Positions 1 to 14,017 are shown, counted from the first letter of the stretch. The stretch: DNA of 64,000 bases from the human T2T-CHM13v2.0 reference genome, Homo sapiens (GCF_009914755.1 NC_060926.1), one strand, 5' to 3'. Made by a program: numbers and translations. The notes: generated by a model not told the origin, from the letters alone.

Positions 1-2508
1 ATTCTTATCACATTTCTGAGGTGCAGACACTTTTTGGTAAGCAAAGTGTTTGGTATTTTTTTTTATTTTTTTATTTTTTAAATACCCCTCTATTTACTAT
101 TTTTTCTTCATTAGGAGTATAATAACTAATGATGGCTGTATAGTTACAAAAGTTATGTAGTCTTACATTTTTATCAAAAAATAAAGAAAAGGTTATTATA
201 TTTTATTATAATAAATACAGTGCTAGTTTATGCATGAAAATGATGAGTGAAAAAAGAAAAAGTTAAAGACTTTGTCTTTGGCTTTTGTTTTATTTGGTTT
301 GTAATTATTTAATATCACTTCCAAGAATGTTGGTGCACACTCTTTAGTTGAAAGATTCAAAAGACAAAGCAATTTAGTTGTTTGGCAACTTTCTATGACT
401 CTGCCATGCAATTTTAACATGCAATATTTCACCTCGTCTATTTTCCACATATACAGTATATTCTTGGAATAAAAAGATGTAACTTCATGTGGAAAATCAT
501 ACTTAGTATGTAAAATCAAACTTGATAGGAATTTGGAATTCCTCAAAAGAAGACATTCCACAAATACTACATTTGAAGAGCCCCAGAATTGTCTATTTAA
601 TGTAGAAAACAGTATCAGAGCATCAGCTTTTAAACTCTGTTCTCATCTAAAGTCTGTTATAGCTAAGATTTTTGAAAAGTTTTAATATTATTTTTACTTT
701 TGCTAAAATCTCTAACAACAAAACAAAGTTCTTAATGTTACACCTTAAGAATACACATTACATTTATAAAAAATAAAAACTTCTAAAGCAAAACATGTAC
801 CTGTAAATCAAACTATTGATGAGAAGAGAGATGTTGTTTCGTAAGTGGTGAATACTTCTTTTCTTTTCTTGATGCTAGGAAGTAAAAAAAAAGGTTTTTT
901 ATATATTTATTCTAGTAGATAGTGCAATAATTAAAAATTTAACAATTCCATATTAGCAACACTGTTTCTATTTAAATATGTGGTGTTCGCTTTACAATTA
1001 CTTAATGAAAAGGACAGCCTCATTTTATGGAGATAACATTGCTCCCCTAAATCACAAAGCAAAAAATAGAAGACCAAATCAATAGCCAAAATAAAGCTGA
1101 TGTATTGCTGATCTCCATTAATTTTTTACTTTGAAATACCATTTACATGTTTTGGTGTTTTAAATTTCAGCATTTTAGATAAATATTGACCAGGAAGTTC
1201 CCATGTTTTCTAATCAAATTTTTACAATAATTACATTATATAGAAATTGTTGTGCTATATATAGTTGTTCATCTAAAACATTGATGATAGTACATTACAA
1301 AAAAGAATAAGATCAGCAGCAATATTAGTAGCCAGAAATGTGTTCCTGGATATTCTTGTTTCTCTGAATTTTTTAATCCCACAAGAAACATTCAGAATGA
1401 TAAACATGCATTAGAAATTGAACTTTGTAAAACAAGTGTTTGGAATTCAAGAACCTGAACATCAAAGAAGGTCAAATGGCATACTGTTTCACAGAGCCCT
1501 AAAACGACTAAATATGTGGAAAATCACATATTAAGATACAAGTAAACACAATTTACTAATGATCATCTCTAGTGACATTATGGCTTTGCAAGTACACAGG
1601 CTTTGCTTGTATGCAGATTCAGGAAAATAACAGTGATTTGCCATTTTACCTGATAGAAGTTGCCTTAACTTCCAGTTCCATCGCTGTGAAAATACTCCTT
1701 CAAGCTTTTCTTACAATAAGAGGAGGATGGCTCATCTCCAAATGTTGAGCTGAGACACTTGAGTATGTTCTGTTAGATCAAAAATTGCAGAAATAAGCTT
1801 ATTCACTAGGAAACCTACTTGTAGAGAAATTGGAAAACCAAGAAATGTTAAGAGGAAATAGTTGTAAAACACAATGGTGGTGGAGATATAGAGTAAGAAT
1901 AGGTATATAACATCTAGGTGTAAATTTGAAGGTAAATATTTTAATAATGAAAGATTCAGGAATGAGAATTTTCTGATCGCACAATGAAGAACAATACAAT
2001 TTGCTCATGCCATTGGCAATACTTGTCAAATAAAACCATATAGTTTGTGAACAGGAAGTATATTAACACACTTCACTTTTTCTTCAAAGATGTACACATG
2101 AAATCCATAAAATCAGAGGAAAATTTCTCAAACATGTGCATGCTTTTCTGGTGAATTTACTAAACCAAGAATCTAGTCACTCAACTCTGAATCATGGCAA
2201 AAATTTATCTCCCAAGTTACTGCAAGATTAGCTGGGTGCAAAGAAATGTCTGCTATCTAAAAAAAAAGAAAAAAAAACAATAAAAGAACTAAGAATCAAC
2301 TTTGCTTTCTAGAGGCACAGAGACCAATTTTAGTCATCTCATCTGTTTCAATATATGTATGTATAAAAACAAGCCTTCTACACCTTAGAGCCATTGGTGC
2401 AACAATGACCAGAAACACACTTGGGAAAGCTATTCTATGATATTTCGTGATTGCTCTGCCTGTCCATTTTTGTGTCAAACTGCTCTTGGGGCAAAGACTG
2501 TAAACATC

Positions 2509-2915
2509 TGTATTAGTTTGCTAGGGCTGCCATAACAAAGTATTATAGGCAGAGTGGCTTAAACAACAGAAATTTATTTCTTACAGTTCTGGAGGCTGTG
2601 AAGTCCAAGATCAAGGTGTCATCAGGGTTGGTTTCTCCTGAGGCCTCTGTCCTTGGCTTGCAGATGGGATGGCCATCTTCTCACTATGTCCTCACATGGT
2701 CTTTCTCTTGCTGTTGTACCTCTGGTGTCTCTTTTTACCAATATGCTCTTCTTCTAAGCACATCAGTCCAAATGGATAATTGTCTTCTCTAGTGGCCTCA
2801 TTGTAACTTAATCACCTCTTTAAAGTCCCTATTTCCAAATGCAGTCATATTCTGAAATACAGGAGGTAAGGGTTTCAACATATGAATTTTGAGAGATACA
2901 ATTTAGCCCATAACA
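2509..2915 (-). mobile_element. MaLR solo LTR, MLT1A/MLT1B-like
   Basis: Starts TGTATTAGTTTGCTAGGGCTGCCATAACAAAG, contains CAGTTCTGGAGGCT..AAGTCCAAGATCAAGGTG and ends TTTAGCCCATAACA. About 405 bp with TG..CA termini, matching the recalled MLT1 consensus in reverse. Confidence 0.85.
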
Positions 2916-4638
2916 GCAACCTTTGCACCCTATCCTAAACATCCATTTTAGTCTTTCACAGTCCCCTACTCTGCAGAAAATGTTACTTCATTGTTCTGAG
3001 TTCCTCAGTGTACAATGGGAGTCCATATTATAACATTATTTATTTTAATCTCTGTTAAAATACAATAGTTACTTGTCACTAGTTGCTTAGGTATTTCTAT
3101 AAACATAGTAACAAATACAAAATGATTTTGAGAAAATTGATGCAACTATATACAGAACTATAACAACTTGAATGAATTTCTCCATTCTTAGTAATTTTAT
3201 GCTCCTACTGCTTTCTGAAATGCTCTCATTAAACTAATAATCATTTTAAATAACAAGTGGGTTTACATTTCTTTTTTTGTTTCTATCTTTTCGTTAAAGT
3301 AGAAAGTATTATATTTTTGTTTTTACATCTATAATACCTACAATTTGTCATGTATAGGAAACATATTTGTGGATTCAGTAATTGTTAACTAGTAGAAAAA
3401 TTTATAATTAGTGCTTAGAAGAATAAACAATTATTTATATATATACATATTACATGACTTGGTGGCTTCAGGAAAAACAAAAAGTTAAAATGATTATTTT
3501 TTAATTTAAGAACATTTTCAGACTGGAAGGTTTTCTATATTCATATTAACCTATGTTATTTTTCACTTTGGAAGAATTTTTAGCAAACCTTTCTTAAGGA
3601 AGCTATTAGCAAAAGATAACCAATTTATGAATGTATTTAGCTTCATGAAAATGTGTTTAATGAACAAAGACTGCTTAATACTTTCTAGAAAATTATGGGA
3701 TAACTAAAAATATTCTTAATATATTATTACTAATATTTGTAATTCTCTAATATTTGTATTACATAATAATGATTATTAGATATAGTGAATATTGAACAAT
3801 CACTAAAAAAGTGACTTTGATATTTGCAATAATTCCCTAATTTTAATTTCATTATTAATATTTGAAAATATGATAATTGCTGTCCATTATGGTATGGTTG
3901 AGCAATATTCTTAAAGTTTTAAAATGCATACATGATATGATAAAAAGCTCCCTATAATAATTAGTCTCAAAAATGAGCCCCATGATTTAGCTCTCAAAGG
4001 TATGCAATAGACCACATACATTAACAGCACCCTAGTGGTCTCTATGGGTCTCACTGACTTCACTGTACAAACACAGCACAAAGATCATAAATAACACTCA
4101 CACAAACTCATTCACTTACATTAATATAAGTCTTCATATAAAAGACAACAGTAGCCACTACTCCCTATAAGGGGCCAGATCTAGCTATTTCATCCTAAAA
4201 ATAATCACTTATTACTGCTAATTAATAATCTGAATCTTTTTAATTTATTTTTAAAATTCTAGGCCAAAAGAACATTTGTTAAAGAAAAAAGCTACCTAAA
4301 AAGTTGTAGCTAGATGAGTTGATTGTATTATTCAGAATATAAAGAGCAGAGCTTTGAAGTTTCCACGGTCAAACTGTATATATCGAAAAACACAGGATTC
4401 CAGGCAAAGCAAACAAACTAAACAAACAGCACTAACAAAACTATTCAAAATAATCCCTTTTTTCTAATAAGAAGTATCAAGTTTCTATATTTTTAATTTG
4501 TTACCCTCTTTCAGACATATCAAACATCAGTCCACTTTTTTATGTGTGCAACTTTCTATTTCATCATCATCTCATCAAAAGTACAATATAGGTTTATGTA
4601 AAACTTCAGCTGAAATGGCCAAATAAGGTTGGTAATTA

Positions 4639-5024
<386 letters not shown>

Positions 5025-6570
5025 TTAAAGCAATATTTATTTCTTCTCTTTTTGACTAGGTACACTGTGACACTAAATCTTTGTGTCAATGGAATAACGT
5101 ACTTTTTAGGGGAGAAAAAAGCAGAGGTGTATGTATTTACAACTTTGAAATCGAATAGGATTCTGTTAATAGTTCAGAGATAATAGAATCTATAGTTGAG
5201 TTGACCCAAAGGAGGTGGACATTAAACATCATGGCACTAACATAATAAAGGAATTAGGATGCATGATTTAATAAAAAATTTGTTTACCCTGATTGTATTC
5301 CCTATAAATGTTCAGTCTGTTTGAGGTCACCCAATACTTAGGAGTAAGAAAATGTCTAGCAACCTGTTGGGAATCCTAAGAAAAGCCGCAACATCACTTT
5401 TCTTAAAATGACAGTATACACAAATTGTAACTATAAAGTTGTAAAATTTGTAATACTCTCCTAAAAAATTCTGTCTTCCTTTGGCATGACTTTTTATAGG
5501 ACACCAGTGCATTATCTTGATATCAACAAAACAGTTTTCCTTCCTAAAATGGCCCCAAATTTAGAAAAGAGGAAATGAATACTTAAGCATATGTATATCA
5601 AATCTAATAAATGAGTGTGCGTGTACGGTGGTGGTGGAGTGCTGGGGGAGTTTCTTTATCCTTAAACCAAAGAAGTTTGAATTATAATATTGGAAGTATT
5701 GGTTTTTTTTCCAATTTTTTTCAGGAGGGCTTCTTCATAATGAAGGCATTTTCTGTAAATGACGGATCAGTGAAGGCATCAGTTTGAAAATGTAATGTAG
5801 AGGGTACGTAGAAGTAGGAAAGGCAAGAATGAGGCTCATAATCAGTTAGTGCCTTTGCATTGTATTAGCAAAATACCATATCATCAATCTCCTTTCTTTT
5901 TCTGTGTCTGACTCTGCCACCTTCTTGGCGTGCACACCCGGAGGAGCATAATTATAGGCATGTAACATATGCATTGTGACTTTGAAAGTATGGAATTTAA
6001 ATTACTTCAGTACATTAATCACCCTTACCCTATAAGTCCATTTTACTGTGCAAATGAGGAAAACCTACTGCTTGTTTACCATACTTTGAAAAACTTAAAA
6101 AAAAACCTGTGCATTGCTTAATTATTGGATTTGTAAAAATATGCTGTGATCAAATGAAATGGCCATTTAGTTTGTTCAAAGCTACTTTCCATAATCCATT
6201 ACACAGCATAAATTTCACATAACTGCTCACATAGCAACTTGTAAATATACCCGTATATTTCCTTCATTTTAGCATCAAAGGAAAAAAGTGAGTAAAGATG
6301 TAGCATGTAAATCTCTTTCACTTACAGCTTTTCATTAGAGTTAAAAATCTCAAACTATTAGAATTAACTCAATAAGCCTACAATAAATTTATGTTTGATG
6401 GTATTTCCCTCTCCCTTTCTGCATCACTAATATTAACAAGCAAAAAGCTTGGGTATCTGGTAAATACAACAAATTCAACAAGGTGTAAATACACTAGCAT
6501 CCCTCTGAAACCTGAAGTAGTCATCCATTACATTCAAAAAACCTAACACAAGCAGAAGTCCAAATCTTAA

Positions 6571-6630
6571 TCTTATTTCCCTAAATAAAATCTTATTTCC
6601 CTAAAAAAAATCTTATTTCCCTAAATAAAA
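6571..6630. repeat. 20-bp tandem repeat x3
   Basis: TCTTATTTCCCTAAA(T/A)AAAA repeated three times. Confidence 0.95.
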
Positions 6631-7165
6631 TAAGGGAAGCTTGGAGAACATAACTGTGGCTTTAATTATTATCTTCTGAAAAGTAGTACAATGTGCTCTG
6701 GGGCATGAACAACTAAGAAAGAGTAGAGTTCAGCGAGCGGTTCCATTTATTTCCTTCTACCAATTTAAGGGAGGAAAATGTGTAAGAGTTCTGAGAGAGA
6801 AAATAATCAAAACCAATTAATACACGCTCTTGTTCATATAGTTCAGATGGTGCTAGTCTCAATCCATCATCCATTAGATACCAGGTCCTAAAGTATTTTT
6901 ATTTTCAGTTTCAAATGGCTGTTAAATAGCTAATGCTAAAGTGAATTTCTCTAGTGAAAATCATACTACATTTGAGAAAAAAACATCCCTTTTCCTCACC
7001 GCCAACTTTTCAGTTCTGTGGGTTGAAATGTGAATCCTGATTCTATAAAATTCACCCAAAAATCTATACTTTTCATCTATTTTTTAGAATTTTATATATT
7101 TCCCAAAAACTACTGACATTAACTTAATAAGATTAAAATAAAACAAATCAAGACTATATGGAGAA

Positions 7166-7665
7166 GCACTGTCCAATTGAAATGCAATGAAAGTTACATG
7201 TGTAAGTCTAAATTTTCTGGTAGCCACATTCACATTCAAACAGCAAAAAAAAAAAAAAGTGAAATTAATCTCATATATTTTTATTTAGCCCAGTATATTA
7301 AAAATATGATCACTTTACTATATAATGCACATAAAATGCTATTAATTAAATTTTTTACACTTTTATACCTAATGTTGGAAAATCAGTATATTTTACAATT
7401 AACCACATCCTGATATTACACTAAATTTTCATTAAAAATACATAATTTGTATATGAATTTCACAGAATTTACAGATGAAACAGTAGATTTACACACCCAA
7501 ATTTCCAAACACATTTTGAAGTTTTTCAATAACTAAACCAAACATCAGATTTAAATTTAAATTAAAATAAAATACAAGTAAAAACTTATTTCTGTAATCA
7601 CATTAGCTTCATTTTAATTGTTCAATATCTACATACGACTAGAAGCTGCCATAAAGGACACAGCA
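7166..7665. mobile_element. hAT-Charlie non-autonomous element (MER33/Charlie1-like)
   Basis: GCACTGTCCAAT...AAATTTTCTGGTAGCCACATT...TTTATTTAGCCCAGTATAT, with a degenerate opposite end (GCTGCCATAAAGGACACAGC). Resembles the recalled MER33/Charlie1 consensus. Confidence 0.7.
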
Positions 7666-7714
7666 TAATAGAGAAATAAGAAAAATTAAAACCTTAATAA
7701 GAAACACTGATGGC

Positions 7715-8074
7715 GGCCAGGCATGGTGGCTCACACCTGTAATCCCAGCACTTTGGGAGGCCAAGGCAGGCAGATCACCTGAGGTCAGGAGTTTAAGACC
7801 AACCTGGCTAACATGGCAAAAACCTGTCTCTACTAAAAATACAAAAATTAGCCTGGTGTGATGGCACGTGCCAGTAGTCCCAGCTTTACTCGGGAGGCTG
7901 AAGCAGGAGAATCCTCAGGAGGCTGAGGCAGGAGAATCACTGAATCTGGGAGGCAGAAGTTGCAGTGCGCCGAGATCATGCCACTGCCCTCCAGCCTGGG
8001 TGACAGAGCATGACTCTGCCTGGGTGACAGAGCATGACTCTGTCTCGAACAACAAACAAACAACCACAACAAAA
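7715..8074 (+). mobile_element. AluS (Sx-like) with two internal tandem duplications
   Basis: GGCCAGGCATGGTGGCTCAC...GATCACCTGAGGTCAGGAG with an (AAC)-rich tail. TSD AAACACT(G/A)ATGG at 7702-7713 and 8072-8083. Confidence 0.96.
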
Positions 8075-8589
8075 CACTAATGGTTTTATTATCTAATTAA
8101 AGACTGAATACAAGATCCTCTCGATTTCTGTTATCTTTGTAACTTCTTGGTTAGTATGTAACTAAATTGCTATATATATAAACAGTATATAAACCCATTC
8201 ACATTTTAAGTCTCCAGTTTATTGGTAATTTCTACCTCGTATTTAGGCAAATGCATTTTGAAGTTTGTAAAAATATTTAATATGATTGCCACTGAAAACA
8301 TCTGAGTAAGGATTTTGGAACACAATTAAAAACAAATTAACACTGAGATAACATCTTCTTCATAGAATCGTAAATGCTTGTAGAGAAGGTCAACTATTTG
8401 ATTTATTAAGTAATATTTATTATATCATTGAGTAATTTAAGTATGAAAGTATTTTTTCTGTCTTTTATGTTATCAAAGTCCAGGACAGTAAATTTAATAC
8501 TTCTTGGTGATATCCCACAACATTGGGTAAAGTCATAGCGACTGACAAAACTATGATGACAGAAATAATTGTCTGTCACATTTTGAGAA

Positions 8590-8790
8590 TGTATTTGTCA
8601 GGCATTGTATTAAGCTGCTTTATATTCACCATCTAATACTGAAAAACAAAGCCACTATGCATTCAGCATTGTTATCCTCATTTTATAGGTAAGAACATCA
8701 GCATCAAGGCTTGGAGAGGTTCAATAAAAGGCTGAAGTCAAATAGTTGTGTGTTTGAACTGGGCTTCAAATTTAGATCTGCTTGATTCCC
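8590..8790 (-). mobile_element. MIR fragment
   Basis: GTTATCCTCATTTTATAGGTAAGAA..GCTTGGAGAGGTT..CTGGGCTTCAAA resembles the MIR core in reverse. Confidence 0.55.
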
Positions 8791-9579
8791 CCAGATAAGT
8801 TTGTTATTACCTCACAATATTATTATCTCCCATAACTGTCTACTTTCACACAATATCTTAAAATGCTTACTTCATTCTGTATGTTTTCTTGTTTGTACAT
8901 ATAATCTGTCAATTTGACTATGAATTATTTTAACCATGCCCATGTCCCCTTTGAATTCTACACTTCATGTAAAAAGTTTTCAGTAAATTCTCATTTTGCT
9001 GAATTGAACTGAAACCTGAGTTCAAGTTCCCTACTCTGTTGTCAATGGCTTTTCCTTAGTAATTACCAGTGGTTACTCTTTTATTCTCTCTGAATTCCCA
9101 TTTCCTAATATATATAAAATAAAAGAACTTGATTATATTCATGGTTTTCAAAATTGTATTTTAACAACAGAATCTATTATTTCAGGTAAATATTGTGTGG
9201 AATCACAATATGAAAAATAGATGAAAACTGATATATATGGTATTTAACTTCCCTTTCCTCTTGGTGGCCTCAGAAGAAAAATATAGGTCTAGACAAAACT
9301 ATAAACTAAATCACAAGTATGGATGCTTAGTCTTAATCTTGTCTAGGTCCATTTACATCCTATGGATTTTTCTTAAAATAATATTTTTAAAGTACAAAAT
9401 AAACTATGTATAAATAAAAGGAAACCGATCATACTGATATTTCATTCAATCATCTTACGGGTTCAATGTAACTCAAGTTAATAACTCCATCAACTGATCT
9501 TTAAAGTTCTTCTAGCAACTATATGCACAGGTGCAATATATACATAATGTACATATAGGAGCGAACAATTGATTAATAC

Positions 9580-9690
9580 TCACTTTATCAACAAACATTT
9601 TTGTTCCTAGTGGGTGCCAAGCACTATTATAAACACAGTGAACCAGATGATGGACTTTATGCCCATGGACTTAGCTTATGTTTAGAAGTA
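9580..9690 (-). mobile_element. L2 3'-end fragment
   Basis: TCAACAAACATTT..GTGCCAAGCACTATT..ACAGTGAACCAGA..GCCCATGGA. Confidence 0.5.
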
Positions 9691-9769
9691 GATTTATAAT
9701 AAAATGTCAAATACATAAAATTACCAAAACAAGGACTTTTGATATTACTGTAATAGTAACAGGAAGACA

Positions 9770-9975
9770 TCTGACTATTTTAATCTGCAACTGTGTGGAC
9801 TTGAGCAAGTTACTTATTCTCTCTGTGTTTCAGTTTCCTTTCTGTAAAGTCTATATTATAATAATAGTGCCTACTTTTTAGGTTATTATTAGTTTTATCA
9901 AGATAATATTAATACATGTAAAATGCTTAGAAAAATGCCTGTCATTCTGAAAGCAATATATAAATGTTAGCTATT
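9770..9975 (+). mobile_element. MIR
   Basis: CTGTGTGGACTTGAGCAAGTTACTTATTCTCTCTGTGTTTCAGTTTCCTTTCTGTAAA...TAAATGTTAGCTATT. Confidence 0.8.
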
Positions 9976-10058
9976 TAATAGGGAAGTAATCTAAGCATAT
10001 ATAAAAAGAAAACAATTATATATATATTTAATATCAACACATGTACATTTTCAGTATA

Positions 10059-10391
10059 CAGTCAGCCCTCTGTATCCATGGGTTCTGCATCTGTGGACTC
10101 AAGCAACCATAGATCAAAAATATTTGAGATAAAATTGCATCTGTACTGAACATATACAGACTTTTTGTTCTTTTTATGACTCCCCAACAATAGAGTAAAA
10201 CAACTATTTACATAGCATTTACATTATATTAGGTATTATACGTCTAGAGATGATTTAAAGTATACTGGAGGATGTGCGCAGGTTACATGCAAATAGGACA
10301 TGATTTTATATCAAAGACTTGAGCATCCTCAGATTCTGGTATTCATGAAAGGTACTGGAACTCAACTCCTGCAGACACCAAGAAATGTCTG
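10059..10391. mobile_element. MER2 (TcMar-Tigger MITE)
   Basis: TA|CAGTCAGCCCTCTGTATCCATGGG...TGTCTG|TA. About 333 bp, TA TSD, with the diagnostic internal AACTATTTACATAGCATTTACATT..TCTAGAGATGATTTAAAGTATAC. Confidence 0.88.
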
Positions 10392-10872
10392 TATTATTAT
10401 TCAATTCCTATTATTTCCAAGTTTTTATTTCATATACAATTATTAGAAATGTTTCAAAATAATTTTATGTACGTTTTGTCAAGAAAAATGTGAAAGTTGT
10501 ATTGCATACTCAATTCTAGGAATTGGGGTTTTATGAAATCATTCTTGGCTGGTATTTATTTACACTTAATTTTCTAGTATTGGGCACCTTTACAATTACA
10601 TAATGACTCCCATATGCCTACATAGAAAACAAGACTGCCCATTGAGTTCATTCATTTATCTTTGTCTTGGAATAGATTGCTTTTTCTTTTCTCTTAGTTG
10701 ATAAGTTGAATGTGTTTTCTGCTATTATCTCTAAAATATTATAGTAATTCATGTTTCCCTTCAGTTCCAATCTCTATCACAAATTTCTCAATGTCTTATA
10801 TCATCTTTCAACTACTTACATTCATAGTCTACATTTATTTTTAATAAACATTTGCTGAAGGTCTATTTTTAA

Positions 10873-11316
<444 letters not shown>

Positions 11317-11382
11317 TGACTATAGAAATGACATTCATGATATACTGCAACATTTTCTATATTGATAAAATTAAACAAAAAG

Positions 11383-11691
11383 CAACATGCACATGTATGT
11401 TTACTGCAGCACTATTCATAATAGCAGAGACATGGAATCAACCTAAATGTTCATCAATGATATACTGGATTTAAAAATGTAGTACATATACGCCACGGAA
11501 TATTATGCAGCCGTAAAAAAGATCATATCCTTTGCAGGGACATGGAAGGAGCTGGAAGCCATTATCTTAGCAAACTAACACAAGAACAGAAAACCAAATA
11601 CATGTTCTCACATATAAGCGGGAGCTAAATGATGAGAACACATGGACACATAGAGGGGAACAACACACACTGAGGCCTTTTAGAGGTTGGA
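11383..11691 (+). mobile_element. Older L1PA fragment (ORF2 C-terminus/3'UTR), truncated at both ends
   Basis: Aligns by eye to the young L1 at about 60083-60400 (ATGTTTACTGCAGCAC..., GAGAACACATGGACAC). It stops before the poly(A). Confidence 0.85.
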
Positions 11692-12300
11692 ATTGCAAAG
11701 TATTGTCACTTAGTTGATATTGTAATTATGACTTCAAAAGGCCATCCCACCATTCTATCAACCCAGCTTCTTCAAGATGATGGGGAACATGGTTTAAGAC
11801 CAGTGAATTCCATGAGCATGAGCCCACTGCTGCACTTCTTTAAGCATTGTGTGCAGGATAGGCAAACCCATATCTGGAGTAAGTATATATTTCAGTGAAG
11901 ACAAACCTCTGCCCTTTCCACGATGGAAGAAGTCCAATATAATCAAACTGCCATCAGGTAGCTGGCTGATCACTCCAAGGAATGGTGCCATATTGAGCTC
12001 TCAGTGTTAGTCTCTGCTGCTGGCAAATTGGTCACTCAGCAGTGGCCATAGCCAGGTCAGCCTTGATGAGTGCAAGTCCATGTTGCTGAGCCCATGCATA
12101 ACCTCTATGCTTGCCACCATGGCCACTTTGTTTATGCGCCCACTGGGAGATGACAGGGATGCCTGGGGAGAGAGGCTGAATGGTGTCCACAGAATGGGTC
12201 ATCCTATTCACTTGATTATTAAACCCCTCCTCTGCTCAGGTCACCCATTGGTGGACACTCACATGGGATACAAATATCTTCATGTTTTTTGACCACTCAG
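11692..12300 (-). pseudogene. HERV-L integrase remnant
   Basis: KEVQQWAHAHGIHWS and flanking motifs. Frameshifted, internally deleted and C-terminally truncated. Confidence 0.8.
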
Positions 12301-12362
12301 AGGACTATCCACATACCTCTTCCCAAAATTTCTTTGTCACCAATTTTCCAATCATGCTTCTT

Positions 12363-14017
12363 TCAAGTCCCTGACCATCCAGCCAAACCACTGGCTACAG
12401 CCCATGAATCAGTATGTAACCTCACATCTGGCCATTTCTCCTTCCATGCAAAGTGCACAACCAGGTGCACTACTTGAAGTTCTGCACACTGGGAAGATTT
12501 CTCTTCATTGCTGTCCTTCAGGGATGTCCTAGTAAGGGGCTGTAATGCTGCAGCTGTCCACTTTCGGGTGGTGCCTGCATATCGTGCAGAACCATCCATG
12601 AACAAGGCTATAGTCTTCTCTTCCTCTATCAACTGATCATAGGGAACTCCCCATGAGGCCATCAGTGCAGGCTGGGGGAGAGAAGGCAGGGTGGCAGGAG
12701 TAGAGACCATGGACATTTGAGCCACTTCCTTATGTAACTTACTTGTGCTCTCAGGACCTGCTCAAGCCTGATCACATATATATCACTTCCATTTGATGAC
12801 AGAATGCTGCTGTGCATGACCCATTGTATGTCTGGATGGGTCAGAAAGCACCCAGTTCATGATAGGCAGTTCAGGTCGCATGATGACTGGATGATCCATA
12901 GTCAAACGTTCAGTTTCCACCAAAGCCCAGTAACAGGCCATGAGCTGTCTCTCTAAAGGAGAGCAGTTATCTGCAGAAGATGGGAGTGTCTTGCTCCCAA
13001 ATCCTAGAGGCCTCCACTGTGGTTCACCTATGGAGGCCTGCCAAAGGATCCAAACAGCATCCTTATCTGCCAATGACACCTCAAGTGCCATTGTGTCTGC
13101 TGGGTCATATGGCCCAAGTGACAGAGCAGCTTGCACAGAAGCCTGGAACTGTTGCAGAGCCTTCTCCTCTTCTGGACCCCACTCAAAACTGGCAGCCTTT
13201 TGGGTCACTCGGTAAATGGGCCAGTGTAACACACCCAAAAAAGGAATGTACTGCCTCCAAAATCCAAATTCAGGTCACTCTATAAATGGGCCAGAGTAAC
13301 ACACCCAAATGAGGAATGTATTGCCTCCAAAATCCAAATAGGCGCACTAAGCGTTGTGCCTCTTTCTTGATTGTAGGAGGGGCCAGATGTAGCAACTTGT
13401 CCTTCACCTTAAAAGGAATATCTTGACAGGCCCCACACCATTGGACCCCTAGAAATTTTACTGAGGTAGAAAGTCCCTGAAGTTCAGTCAGATTTATTTC
13501 CCATCTTCTGGCTTGCAAATGTCTCACCATTAAGTCCAGTGTGTTTGCTACTTCTTGCTCACTGGATCCAATCAGCATAATGTCATCAATGTAATGGACC
13601 AGTGTGATATCTTGTGGAAGCAAAGAGATTAAGGTCTGTCCAAATGAGATTATGACTCAAAGTTGGAGAGTTGATATAACCCTGTGGTAGGACAGTAAAG
13701 GTGTATTGCTGGCCTTGCCAGCTGAAGGCAAATTTCTTCTGGTGGACCTTATGGACTGGAATGGACATAAATGTATTTTCCAAGTCAATGGCTGCATATC
13801 AGGTACCAGATGTGTTAATTTGCTCAAGCAATGAAACCATATCTGGTACAGCAGCTGCAATTGGAGTAACCACTTGGTTAAGCTGATGATAATCCACTGT
13901 CATTCTCTGAGATCCATCTGTCTTCTGCACAGGACAAATGGGAGAGTTGAATGGGGATGTGGTGGGAATCACCACCACTGCATCCTTCAAGTCCTTGCTG
14001 GTGGCACTAATCTCCAC
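12363..14017 (-). pseudogene. HERV-L reverse transcriptase / RNase H remnant
   Basis: Fragments [47 protein letters not shown] and LHTDSWAV are spread over several frames. Confidence 0.92.

Noticed and set aside
223-561. 112-aa minus-strand ORF, and a possible AG..GT micro-exon at about 457-505 on the plus strand
   Set aside because: No recognisable protein similarity, AT-rich low-information composition, and weak splice signals with no supporting neighbouring exons.
1645-1715. Possible short minus-strand exon (TTTTCACAG...CAG|GTAAAA)
   Set aside because: Such signal pairs are common by chance, and it cannot be supported without transcript data.
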